Positions 1-11,091 of a stretch of 38,871 bases of DNA are shown here, one piece after another. The stretch is taken from the NCBI RefSeq assembly GCF_001194135.2, contig NC_069007.1, positions 13,688,732 through 13,727,602 on the forward strand, given 5' to 3'. Both the position numbers and the translations under genes were made by a program. The notes under the pieces are model-generated. The model saw only the letters and a list, made by a program, of their open reading frames with translations. It was not told the DNA's origin and did no database searches. Within the stretch, counting starts at the first letter, position 1. Every line of letters begins with the position of its first letter. Source of the stretch: Octopus bimaculoides (lineage: Eukaryota).

Positions 1-31
<31 letters not shown>

Positions 32-37
32 TATATA
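1..37. repeat. (TA)n microsatellite
   Basis: Direct: run of TA dinucleotides at the window start. Confidence 0.95.
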
Positions 38-573
38 TTATGTTCTGAGTTCAAATATACATACATGGGGTGATGCCTCGATATACAAACCTGTTCCCGG
101 AGACCACTCGTAAACCAAAAACTCGTGATGCAGGGCAACAACTTCCCATGGTATTTCAATTAGAGGTTAAATAAGCCTCGTTAAGGGATGATGATATCCA
201 ATGAATTTACTGGTTTCTTACCTATTATTTATTTTGAATATTAGATTTAATATTCAAAAATAGCTAATTAAAGACAAGGTGAGATTGTCCAAAATGTAGA
301 GACCCATTATCACCTGTTTGGGACTGATACTTTGGTAATGTCCTTTAAGTTTTAAGTTCAAATCTTGACATGGTCAGTATTTGCCTGTCAACCTTCTAGG
401 ATGCCTAAAATTAACACATCAACATCAACCCCCAGGACTTTACTGGTGCTTTATTTAAACTCTCATCATCATAACAGTCACTTCTTCTTGCCTGCATGGG
501 AGAGATAGAATTGGTAGAGGTGGATTTTCTACAGCTGGATCCCACTACCGTTTCCAAGCAAGATAACATAAAG

Positions 574-770
574 TTCTCTCTCTCTCTCACTTCCTTCTTT
601 TTCTCCTCTTTCTCTATTCCTCTTACTTATCCTCTCTCTTCTCTCCCTCCCACTTTTCTCTCTCTTCTCTCCTACCTTCTGCCTCTTGTCTTGTTTTGTT
701 ATTCTCTCTCCCTTCCGTCCTTTCTCTTCTCTCCCACATCTTTCTACCCTCTTGCCTCTCCCCCTCTTCT
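574..770. repeat. CT-rich low-complexity tract
   Basis: Direct: (CT)n and pyrimidine-rich sequence; gives the S/L/P/F-rich part of the 496-1515 ORF. Confidence 0.9.
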
Positions 771-835
771 TAAAATAATTGTAGAAGCAATTTCTGGCTT
801 TTCTATTAACATATGTTGTTACCATTGTTTTTCAG

Positions 836-928
836 GAAGATCAGCTTGGTTTGTCTTTGCTGACGCTGGAACAGCTGGAAGCAGAAGAGATGCAGTCAAA
901 ACTGGAACAGTGTACTCAATACGTGTAA
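836..928 (+). CDS. Possible terminal coding exon of an unidentified gene (EDQLGLSLLTLEQLEAEEMQSKLEQCTQYV*)
   Basis: Acceptor-like tgtttttcag|G at 834-835, followed by 30 codons with helical E/Q/L-rich composition and TAA at 926-928. Protein not recognised; could instead be a TE relic. Confidence 0.3.
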   Translation, partial: EDQLGLSLLTLEQLEAEEMQSKLEQCTQYV

Positions 929-1375
929 AAGAGGTGCCTGCTTTAACAACTGATGCCACCAGCCTCCAATACCATTTGGGAATGAGTTGGTTTACAGTCA
1001 CAGTCACTTTATGGAAAGGAGGGATTGTGAAGGAGACACAACAAGGATATCATGTCGTTGCAGAACAGACCATATATTTGCAATACTTTTGCATATCGAT
1101 ATTGTCAGGTCTTGTTCGGAGTCTAGAGACTGTCTGTCTGTATGTCACACAAGACTTTTTTGTAAATATACAACAACAAAGTCCACAGCTAGAATTCCTC
1201 AGGGATATCAACTTTTTTAAAAAAAAAATAAATATATTCTCATTCCATATATATTTGTTACTATTTCTTTTACTTCAGAATTTAGGCAGTGAGTCGGTAG
1301 AGCATCAAATACAATGCAGTGTTTGTTCTGGCTCTGCAGTTGGCATTCAAACCAGAAGTCAATCTCCAGCTTTTG

Positions 1376-1799
1376 CCCTTAAGCATTTAAACCAGCCCCA
1401 CCCAGCCCAAATATTCTACCTGTTTTATGTTCAAACCATCCAGATCTGGCCTCTCGTACCTATCTTACAATGTCATCCTAAAGATAATCACATCATCGAA
1501 ATCTTAAAGCTGTGAGATAATCCATGATTAATTCAAAACTATGTGAATAGATAAGCATTACATTTGACAGGGTAATCTGAATGCTAAAGGGTTAGACCAA
1601 CCATATCAGGCCCAAATATTCTACTTGTTTTTCATTCAAACCAACCAGATCCGGCCTCTCACACCTAGCTTACAATGTCATTCCAAAGATAAAGAATCAC
1701 ATCACTGAAATTTCAAAGTTACAAGTTAATGCAGGATTAATTCCAAGCAGTGAAATAAATAAGTAATTTAATTGATTGAATAATCTGAGTGCTAAAGGG
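1376..1799 (+). mobile_element. Head-to-tail dimer of a ~220-bp TTAA-type (piggyBac-like) MITE, here called family C
   Basis: Unit starts CCCTT(A/T)AGCATT and ends ATGCTAAAGGG or GTGCTAAAGGG followed by TTAG (1592) or TTAA (1800). The second unit repeats the first from ~1596. Further copies at ~19860, 20920-21330 and 37564. Confidence 0.7.
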
Positions 1800-2359
1800 T
1801 TAAAGAGGACTAAGGTACCGGTGTGGGGTGGTGGGAGTTGACTCTTGTCTTTTTTTTTTTTTTTTTTTTTTTTTTTTATTGTTAACACAACATTTGGCTA
1901 ATATACCCTCCAGCCTTTATCAGATGTCTTGGGGAAATTTCGAACCTGGTTTCTCATTCCTAACACATCCAGTTACGTATGGATGTCAAACGAACCCTTA
2001 TTTTTATTTTTCATTTTTTCAAAACTTTTCAAATTTCAAAGGTAATTTATGGACAGACACTGTGTGTATGTGTGCATGCAGGTGTTTATGTCCGTTTGTC
2101 TGGACATTGTAGTTGTAAAGGAGTGCCACCACCATAAAAATAAAAGTGATGTCCATTTGTAGTCTGGCCATGTGGAATATTACTTTGCTTGGAAACAGGT
2201 GAGGGTTGACTCCAAGAAAGGGGTCTGGTCACAGCTGAGTGTGTGTGTGTGTGTTTTGAAATGTTGTTTCTGCTATACAAGTATTTGAGCCCAGGTCGTC
2301 AGTCTGCAAATTCTTCATAGTGCCATTTAAAACAATAATGGACCAAGGGTCATTACCAG

Positions 2360-2625
2360 AAACTGTTGAGAGATGACAGCACTGGTACCATGGACCTGTG
2401 GATGAGAATGTCAGAGGGAAGTATGGCAAGACAGATTCTTCAAGCTGAGCCAACCGTCAAGAGACCTAGGGGTAGACCAAGGATGAGATGAGTGGATAAT
2501 GTCCATAGTCTCAGTTGATCACGCTTGGGAACACATCTGGAAAGTGTAGTGATGGTTGCTCCTGATAGGAACCTATGGAGATGGTGTTGAGGACTCTTAC
2601 CTCTACAACTCTACCAGAGATGGTG
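2360..2625 (+). mobile_element. RTE-clade LINE 3' fragment (C-terminal end of the RT ORF)
   Basis: Translates with stops and a frameshift to HWYHGPV/MRMSEGSMARQILQAEPTVKRPRGRPRMR*VDNV...DRNLWR, matching the RTE GHV.RM...KRPRGRP..RW.D signature. Confidence 0.8.
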
Positions 2626-2670
2626 GGCAGACAGATGAACAGGCAGAATGGTGGATGGGTGGGCAGAAGT

Positions 2671-2775
2671 GCAGTATTATGGACATGTGAATAGAATGTC
2701 TTAGGAAAGAATTGCAAGATGGATTCTTCTTGCCAAGCCAATGAACAGAAGATATAGGGATGGCAAAAATGAGAT
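2671..2775 (+). mobile_element. Second RTE-clade LINE fragment of the same region
   Basis: YYGHVNRMS*ERIARWILLAKP. Confidence 0.65.
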
Positions 2776-2967
2776 AACTTTTTAAGGTTATTTTTACAGA
2801 TTTTCTATAGAAATTATAGCCAGCATCAATTTGTTACATTTTGTATCCAAATACATCTAACGTAAACAAAAATGTCATTGAAGATGGAAATGGCACTATG
2901 AAGAATTTGCAGATTGATGACCTTGGCTCAAATACTTGTATAGCAGAAACAGCATTTCAACACACAT

Positions 2968-3004
<37 letters not shown>

Positions 3005-4603
3005 CCGTGGGGGGAGAATAAATATTCGTACATGTCAAAATTATTTATTTATTTAATTTCTAATGAACACAAATGGGATATACCAATACTATATTTGCAT
3101 AGACATGCATAAACTAAGAATATGCAAAAGAAACTAATAAATTATAGTAACTAATGAATTTATATACAAATATAAATATTTAGGGGTGAAAAAAGTATTC
3201 GTACAGAATAAATTTGAGTTTCTATGCCACAAAATACTGTTCAAATAATTTCTTTTTCTAGAACTTTCTCGTTTGTTCCAATAATCTTATCAGTAGTCAT
3301 TTTTAAGTGTCAAAAAGCTAGCTTCTTCATTCAGCACTGAGACAACATAAAGTAGTGTCGTAATAATGGCAAAAAGTACAGAACTCACAAATTCAGTGAA
3401 AAACTTAATCATTGAACAGTGGAAAGCAGGTAAAAGTTACAGGAAAATATCAGAGACCCTTTGTATTCCATATCTTCATTTATTGAAAGATATAAAACAT
3501 CGGAAACTTGAAAATAGAATAAGATCCAGTGCACAACGCAAGATTTCCCCTAGATCTTTAAGAAAAATGAAGCAAAGAATCGAAAAAAACGCAATGATCA
3601 CCAGAAAGGAGTTGTAAGAAGATTTGTTAGCTTCAGGGACTGGTATTACACTACGAACCATCAGCAATGAACTTCATAGGAATGAACTGAAGTCACGCTT
3701 TCCTAGAAAAACTCCTGTTAACTAAAAGGCAAAGAGATGCCCGTTTAAAATTTGTTTATGAACATAAAGATAAATCTGATACATTCTGGGAAAATGTTCT
3801 ATGGACAAAACGAATCAAAAATTGAATTGTTTGGACGAAATTCGTGTAGCCATGTTTGGAGGAAAGATGGTACCACCTATTCACTGAAAAACACAATTCC
3901 TACTCTAAAGTTTGGAGGTGGTAACATAATGGTGTTGGGGGTGTTTCTCTGCAAATGGCACTGGCCATTTACATGTAATACATGGTAGAATGAATGCAGA
4001 GATGTACCAAAATATCTTGAACAATAATTTATGGGACTCTATAGAAAAGCTCCAGCTTTGTGAAGGGCGGGTTTTACAACAGGATAACGACCCTAAGCAC
4101 GTGGGGAAGTCTACCAAAAAATGGATTGTCAATCACAATATAAAATTATTAGAATGGCTAAGCCAGTCACCTGATTTGAACCCCATTGAAAACTTGTGGC
4201 GTATTTTGAAAATTAAAATTCATTCAAGAGCCCCAATGTGCATTCCAGATTTGAAGAAAATTTGTCAAGAAGAATAAGAAAAAATTCCTAAAGAAACATG
4301 CAAATCATTGATTAAGAACTAAAAGAAGAGATTGTTGGAAGTGGAACTGAATAATGGTTATGCTACGAAGATATTAAATTCGAATTATCAGATATTTATG
4401 TGCTGTACGAATACTTTTTTCACCCCAAAATATTTATAATTGTATATAAATTCATTAGTTACTATAATTTATTAGTTTCTTTTGCATATTCTTAGTTTAT
4501 GCATGTGTATGCAAATATAATATTGGTATATTCCATTTATGTTAATTAGAAATTAAATATATAAAGAATTTTGACATGTACGAATATTTATTTCCCCCCA
4601 CTG
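3005..4603 (+). mobile_element. Full-length Tc1-family DNA transposon, IR/DR subgroup (1599 bp)
   Basis: TA at 3003-3004 and 4604-4605. ~201-bp TIRs at 3005-3206 and 4403-4603 begin C(C/A)GTGGGGGG. Each TIR has outer and inner direct repeats (A(A/G)TATTCGTACA). Transposase remnants lie inside. Confidence 0.95.
3366..4377 (+). pseudogene. Tc1 DD34E transposase, frameshifted with nonsense codons
   Basis: MAKSTELT...GKSYRKIS paired-like HTH; SKIELFG, KFGGGNIMV, QQDNDPKH and SQSPDLNPIENLW motifs; 34 residues between the second D and E. Split over ORFs 3366-3617, 3752-3988 and 3990-4277. Confidence 0.93.
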
Positions 4604-4620
4604 TATATATATACAATAAA

Positions 4621-4766
4621 CCTTTCAGTTTCCATCTACCAGATCCACTCTCAAGGCTTTGGTTGGCTTGGGGTTATAGTACAAGACACTTGCCAAAGGT
4701 GCCACTCAGTGGAATTGAACTTGGAACCATGTGGTTGGAAAGCAAGCTTCTTGCCACACGGCCACC
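4621..4766 (-). mobile_element. SINE family A, 5' half
   Basis: Reverse complement of the tRNA-like head (GTGGC.GTGTGG..AG.AGCTTGC...GGTTC.AGTTCA) seen intact at 6453-6843. Confidence 0.8.
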
Positions 4767-4929
4767 AATTCCTGACAACTAACCTTAAAAAGCGATTTAA
4801 TTGCACTGCTAACACAGTAGGACACAGTACTGACTTATGCAATAGTAATACACTACCAAGTCTACAAAGTATATTAAATGCTTTATAATGAAACACAGTA
4901 TCCCTACATGTAATGAGATAATTGAATTA

Positions 4930-5024
4930 TATCCATAGTCAAAGACAGAGGCCTTTGGGAATCTGACCAGAAAGTGTAATAATGGTCAATTCTGACAGGA
5001 CCTGATGGAGGTGGTGTTGAGGAC
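4930..5024 (+). mobile_element. RTE LINE 3' fragment
   Basis: Similar to 2500-2597 (tccatagtc...gaaagtgta.t.atggt...atggag.tggtgttgaggac). Confidence 0.6.
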
Positions 5025-5230
5025 ATTCAATTATATATTTGTCAGACTTTCAGAATAACTCTTACATAAATTGCCCCCCCCCCTTTTGGTTGAGGGTCCA
5101 CATTTCAAAACACTCGCCATAAGACTTTTTTTAAAGCTTTTTAGTCCTTGCATTTTGTTTTTTCATCCCTTGCCCCATCCCCTCATTGTATCTTTAGAAC
5201 AAAAGCCACCACTTTCTATTTATATACTCT

Positions 5231-5435
5231 TTTACATGTTTCAGTCATTTGACTTCAGCCATGCTGGAGCACCACCTTGAAAGGTTTTAGTCAAAGAAAT
5301 CGACCCCATGACTTATTCTTTGCAAGCCTGGTACTTATTCTATCGGTCTCTTTTGCTGAACTGCTAAGTTACCAGGACATTAACACACCAACATTGGTTG
5401 TCAAGCGATGGCAACAAAGACACACGTACATGAAA

Positions 5436-5471
<36 letters not shown>

Positions 5472-5826
5472 GATGGGCTTTCAGTTTCTTATTTCTGTAT
5501 TGCTCACAAGGGGCTAAACATAGAGGGGACAAACAAAGGGATTAAGTAGATTACATCGACCCAGTGCGTAACTGGTACTTAATTTATCGACCCTGAAAGG
5601 ATGAAAGGCAAAGTCAACCTCGGTGGATCTTGAACTCAGAATGTAATGTCAGATGAAATACCGCTAAGCATTTCGCCCAGTGTGCTAATGTTTCTCCCAG
5701 CTCACCACCTTTCAGTTTCTGTCTACCAAATCCACTCACAAGGCTTTGGTTGGCCCAAGGTTATAGAAGACACTTGCCCAAGGTGCCATGTGGTTAGGAA
5801 GCAAGCTTCTTACCATACAGCCCATG
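5231..5826 (-). mobile_element. SINE family A interrupted by a family B SINE
   Basis: 3' half at 5231-5489 and 5' half at 5709-5826 match family A in reverse complement. Confidence 0.8.
5490..5708 (-). mobile_element. SINE family B inserted into SINE A
   Basis: Reverse complement of the B copy at 38479-38700; flanked by a 12-bp TSD ctttcagtttct (5478-5489 and 5709-5720). Confidence 0.88.
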
Positions 5827-6009
5827 CATAAATCAAAATTACATTTTATTTAAACAAGATTTTAATCATGAAAATTAAAATGTGGAACACTTATAACATT
5901 GAAAACATATTGTGCAACATACTTAGAACAATTTAGTTTTATTGCTTAGCAAAAAGAATTCACCTAACAGTATGTTTCTTGTTTATGTTTGTTTTGTAAA
6001 AGATTAACA

Positions 6010-6237
6010 TTGGGTTGTCCGGAAAGTTCGTGCCGATTTTTAAAGGAAAGGAAAAGGTCAATAAATACTTGCCATTACATTTTTAATCAACCAAATACGA
6101 ACCATTTTGTTGCCCAGTGCATCTCCATCTTTCCTTTAGCTTGAAAATACCCTCTTCCCAGAATTGAGGTGGTTTCATGGCAAATAAGTCGGAAGGCAAG
6201 CTACTATAAATCGGCACAAACTTTCCGGACAACCCAA
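6010..6237 (-). mobile_element. mariner-derived internally deleted element (MITE, 228 bp)
   Basis: TIRs TTGGGTTGTCCGGAAAGTTCGTGCCGATTT and AAATCGGCACAAACTTTCCGGACAACCCAA; TA on the right, CA on the left. Minus strand encodes the mariner C-terminus LFAMKPPQFWEEGIFKLKERWRCTGQQNGSYLVD*. Confidence 0.9.
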
Positions 6238-6249
6238 TATTAGTTGTAA

Positions 6250-7280
6250 GACAACTAGAAACAGATACAAAAGAGGGGTCAGTATTTCATGTTTGAGCAG
6301 TAAATGGAACACAGCTTCATCCTTTTATCAACAACTGTTATATCTCATGTGTTTCCAGTGCTCTGTGGAATCCAGAGGCAACGTCTGGTTGCAAATAACC
6401 GGTGGTAGACATAGCAAATTGCTGAGCTTCGTTATTGCAGGTTCACAATTGAGGCGGAGGAGTGGCTGTGTGGTAAGTAGCTTGCTTACCAACCACATGG
6501 TTCTGGGTTCAGTCCCACTGCGTGGCACCTTGGGCAAGTGTCTTTTACTATAGCCTCGGGCCGACCAAAGCCTTGTGAGTGGATTTGGTAGACGGAAACT
6601 GAAAGAAGCTCATTGTATATATGTATGAGTGTGTATATGTTTGTGTATCTGTGTTTGTCCCCCCAACATCGCTTGACAACCGATTCTGGTGTGTTTACGT
6701 CCCCGTAACTTAGCGGTTCGGCCTAAGTGACTGATAGAATATGTACTAGGCTTACAAAGACTAAGTCCTGGGGTCAATTTGCTCGACTAAAGGCGGCGCT
6801 CCAGCATGGCCACAGTCAAATGACTGAAACAAGTAAAAGAGTAATTCCCCACCGTTTCAATGGTTCTGCACTGAGAAGAATGGAGACATTTGCTCTTCTG
6901 TTGTTATACACAGAAGTTCAATGGCTGTCAGAGGGAAACTGGCTGAGAGTTTCTATTCACTTTTAAAAGAAGTTGTCAAATTCTTGCAGAGACTCTTATT
7001 CTGTTGTGATGAACCAAGAAACCTCAAGCATGACATTGCTTATATGGCAGATATATTCACAAAATTCAATGAAATTAATTTGCAATGACAAGGATATGAG
7101 GTTATACCATATCAAAGTAACATCAGCCCTCTCTACATTTCTATCCTCCAAGTTACAACTTTTCAAATGCAACAGAAACCATTGTTAGTTCTTCCAGCTT
7201 CTGAGCCTCTCTGAATTGGAGAAGGAAAAGCGCTTACCAAAAGAGGACATTCAAATGTATTATTCATACCTGGGATTTCA
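6250..7280 (+). pseudogene. hAT (Buster/Charlie-type) transposase relic, interrupted by a SINE A
   Basis: LCGIQRQRLVAN (cf. HCxxHRxxLvaK), LLLYTEVQWLSEG (cf. HTEVRWLSRG) and HDIAYMADIFTKFNEINLQ*QG (cf. AYLaDIF..LN.lN..LQG), across shifting frames. Confidence 0.8.
6453..6843 (+). mobile_element. SINE family A, near full length
   Basis: tRNA-like A/B-box head (GTGGCTGTGTGGTAAG...GGTTCAGTCCC), internal TA/TG tract, 3' end CAGCATGGCCACAGTCAAATGACTGAAACAAGTAAAAGA; multiple copies in the window. Confidence 0.88.
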
Positions 7281-7699
7281 CTACTGATCTTTCTCCACCC
7301 CTATCAGTCTTCGTATCTACCCCAAGGTCCAATCTGTGCAACACAGAATTAAATATTAGAGGCTGTTTCCATTTAAGGGGTTTCATTGCGTTCAGTAATT
7401 CTGGTAACGAGGCCCTGTGGCTTCCTATATGGGGTTAATTCTCACTACTGAAAGCAAAGGACATGGTCTATGGGTCCACGTACATAAAAGATGGAAGCGA
7501 GGGTTGAACAGGTTGGTTGGCCATGGCCGGAAGATTGACCTGAAACTTCAATACTACCACCAATAACACAAACAAGAACATGGTAATCATACGTAGATCG
7601 AAGAAGAGAATTTACAAGAAGAGATTGCAAACTGCAGAGAGAATGAAAGAAAAAAGTTGATCAGTATAATAATAATAATAATAGTAATGGTTTCTAATT

Positions 7700-10600
7700 T
7701 AGACAGAAAGGTTGAAGTTTTGAGGGGAATGGAAGAGAGGGAAGGCTTAAGTAGATGACAGCGACCCCAGTATTTAACTGGTACTTTATTTGAATCGACC
7801 CTAGAAGGATGAAGGGTAAAGGTAACTTCAACAGCAGGTAGACTTTGAATTCAGAATATACAAGAACCAGAATGAATGTAGCAAGGCACTTTTTCTTTTC
7901 TTCTTCCGACGCTATTTTGCCTCCATCTTTGATGACATCATAATAAAAAAATGATTTTTTTTTTTCAAGTACTAATTAGAAAAAAATTAAACAATTCTCA
8001 AATAAATTTCACTGTATGTTTTTATTCCATCATCATCATCATCTTTACAAATACAAAAAAAAAAGACAAATAAAATTTATATTTACCTCTATTGTTTTTT
8101 TTTTGTGACTTGTGTTTTTCTCTTTTTTTTTCCTTAAATTTTAATTATTTAAAACAAATTAGAACTGAAAACGATTAACGACTTCAGTTTAATTTGATGA
8201 TATGAATTAGGAAATACGATGAAAAAATACTTTATTTTTTTGTTTTATTTATTGTCAATGTTATAATTATCATCATCATCGTCGTCGTTATCATCATCAT
8301 CATCATTATTATCATACAGATGAAAAAGAAATGTGTTTATCATAGATTTCCTAGGGAACTTAGAAAAAAATCTTTTAAATCACTTTTCTTTAAACCCCCA
8401 TTCCAGTCAAAATGTGCTAAAGAATTTAAATTTCATTTTGCTTTTTTTTAATCATTGATGGGGAGGGCGAGCTTTTTCCAACAGAAAGCTAAATTCTGTG
8501 AGTGTGTGCATGTCTTGCAGAACCGATTCCAGTTGAATGTCTAAAGATTTCTAACGATTCCAGAGGAATGAGGAAAAACAAAATACAAAACCAAGAACCA
8601 ACCCAACAAGAATTGAACATGGAACTAATTAGAGAGGGGGGGGTGAAGTTTGTCCTTGAATAACAATGCTTCCTAATTTTGGCACACACCCAGTGATTTT
8701 GGGAGGAGGGGGCAAGTTGATCACATCGACCCCAGTACATGACTGGTACTTTATTTCATCAACCCCAAAAGGATGAAAGGCAAAGTTGGCCTTGGCAGGA
8801 TTTGAACCCAGAATGTGAAGAGCTGGAGAAGATACTGCCGAGCATGTTCATCCAACAGATAAGTTTTCGATTTAAGCACAAGGCCAGCAATTTTAAAGAG
8901 GAAGGTCAGTCAACTACATTGACTCCCAGCCTGCTGCTTGCTTGATTGGTCATTATTTAATCGCACCTAGAGGAATGAGAGGGTTTGAACTCAGCCCAAA
9001 CGAATACCACTTGTCTGATGCTCCAACGATTCTACTAATGGCAGAACTGACCAAGATTGGAGAGCAATGAGTCGGTGGCCAGGTTGGTGTGAGCCTTTCC
9101 TATTTGTTTAAGAGTGGTACCCCAACATACGCAGAGGTGAAGCAACTAAGGGGTGGAGGAAGAGGTGAATGGGAATTCAAGCAATCAAAGCCCTGCCCTT
9201 TATTTGGGAAAACTGGAAGAACAGATGAACAATTAAAAAACAAAATTTATCCCTTTGGGTGGGAGACAGGGATGGGGCCAAATGTGAGTGAGTGCAGACA
9301 GTGCTTTAATAGATTCCAAATTTTATATTTGGGAGGGAGGGCCATATTTTTATTTTTTTTTTGTTGTTAATTATAAATTCACTGCTGTGTATGGCGGGGT
9401 GGGTGCAAGGTTGAATCAATGCTGGAGGCCATAGCAAGAATATTCAAATATAGGCGCAGGTTAGTTTTTACTGAGGGGAATAAAACTTATGGCAAGTTTT
9501 CAATAACCACTCACATAGGGGCCAAGCATGCACACACATATGTGTGTGTGTATGTATAGTTGACTGTGTACTAGCCCTTTTTTCTTTCTTTATACTCATT
9601 CTTTCCCTAATTTTAGCCATTGTTTGTAGCCAGTGATGTTGGGGATCATTACCTTTAAAGGGTTTTAACCAAATATATCAATGTCAAGCCACCCCCTACT
9701 CAGACCCTCAAGGAGAAAGGAGAGGAAAAAAACAAATGACCAAGGATGCAGGTGAGGATTGGATTTGAACACCACTTGAATGTAAATGAACGTAACTAAA
9801 TGACACAATATTTTTGCCTGATGCTCTACCAATTATGCCATCGAACCACTATATTGAATGCAACTGAATATAAATTTGGCTTTAAATTATAAAAAAAAAA
9901 GTAGATAAGTTTTAAAGTTTAAGGGCCAGAAATGGAACAGTACAAAAGAGAATTATAAATTTAATGGTTATGTTTATTGCCAAGACATGAAAATAAAATT
10001 ATTAACTGTTTCAAATTTTGGCACAAAGTCAGCAATTTTTAGGGGGGATGGAGGTTAGTCGATTACACCAACCACAATACTTGGCAAAGTTGACCTTGGC
10101 AGGATTTGAACTCAGAATGTAAAGAACTGGAAGAAATACCACTAAACATTAACAATAATAACAAATAATTGAAATTCGAGAAATGCTGATTATTGAACTT
10201 GGAATCAGGTGTCGAAGGGGGTTTAATTAATTAGCAGCCATAGAATGAAGTGAAGCAACTTTCATCCGGGAGATGGACCTCTTCTACAGAAAAAGCAGTC
10301 CTATTGAAACCTCTATATTGCCCTCCTTAGTACCAACTTTAACCCACGTCCCTAACATGTTGAGCTCACCAGTTATACTGTATAACATACATATATCATA
10401 TTAATGTGTGTTACCAATGCAGATGTTGTATACGTAACGAGTGTTTTAAACACACAGCATGTTATTACTACTACTACTATTATTATTATTAGTATTATTA
10501 TTATTGTTGTAAGGGGAGGTGGGTAAAAAATGGTTGATCAATTATATCAACGTCCGTCCCCAAACACTGGCTTTTTCGTGCTGTATTGGCCTTAGAAAGA

Positions 10601-11049
10601 TGAAAGGCATAAAAGCTAAAAGGGATCTGGGATTCATCAGAAAGGATCCGTTTTTCATCTTCCTTTTCTAAATTGAATATACGTATATACACATATTACA
10701 TATGTATACATACATACAATATGCATTATATGATATAAATATATATGTACGATACATATATACAAAATAGACAAATATATATAAAATACATGCATACATA
10801 TTTTATATAAATATATATATAAAACAATATATAACATGAATATGTATACATAATATACATACTTTATAAATATATATATATATTACACATATATAATCAT
10901 ATAATATTAATGTTTTATATATATGTATAGATAATGAAATGTATATAACAAACACCAACAAGTAACAAACATTGAATTGTTATAAGAAAAAAAACTTTCT
11001 TGCTCAGCAGAAAGTAAAAGACTTAGCAGATTCTATTCTCAATCAGCTT

Positions 11050-11091
<42 letters not shown>

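Larger units (their letters stand above)
2240..2974. repeat. Inverted repeat pair, arms ~2240-2328 and ~2888-2974
   Basis: Direct: tgaaatgttgtttctgctatacaagtatttgagcc...ttcttcatagtgccattt is reverse-complemented at 2888-2974 with few mismatches; the ORF track shows the same peptide on both strands. Confidence 0.9.

Noticed and set aside
496-1515. 339-aa ORF
   Set aside because: It runs through a CT microsatellite at the 5' end and a family C MITE at the 3' end and has no recognisable domain as a whole. Only the 780-1230 part was kept as a finding.
6455-6530. tRNA-like heads in families A, B and D
   Set aside because: They continue into SINE bodies and recur as diverged copies; not bona fide tRNA genes.
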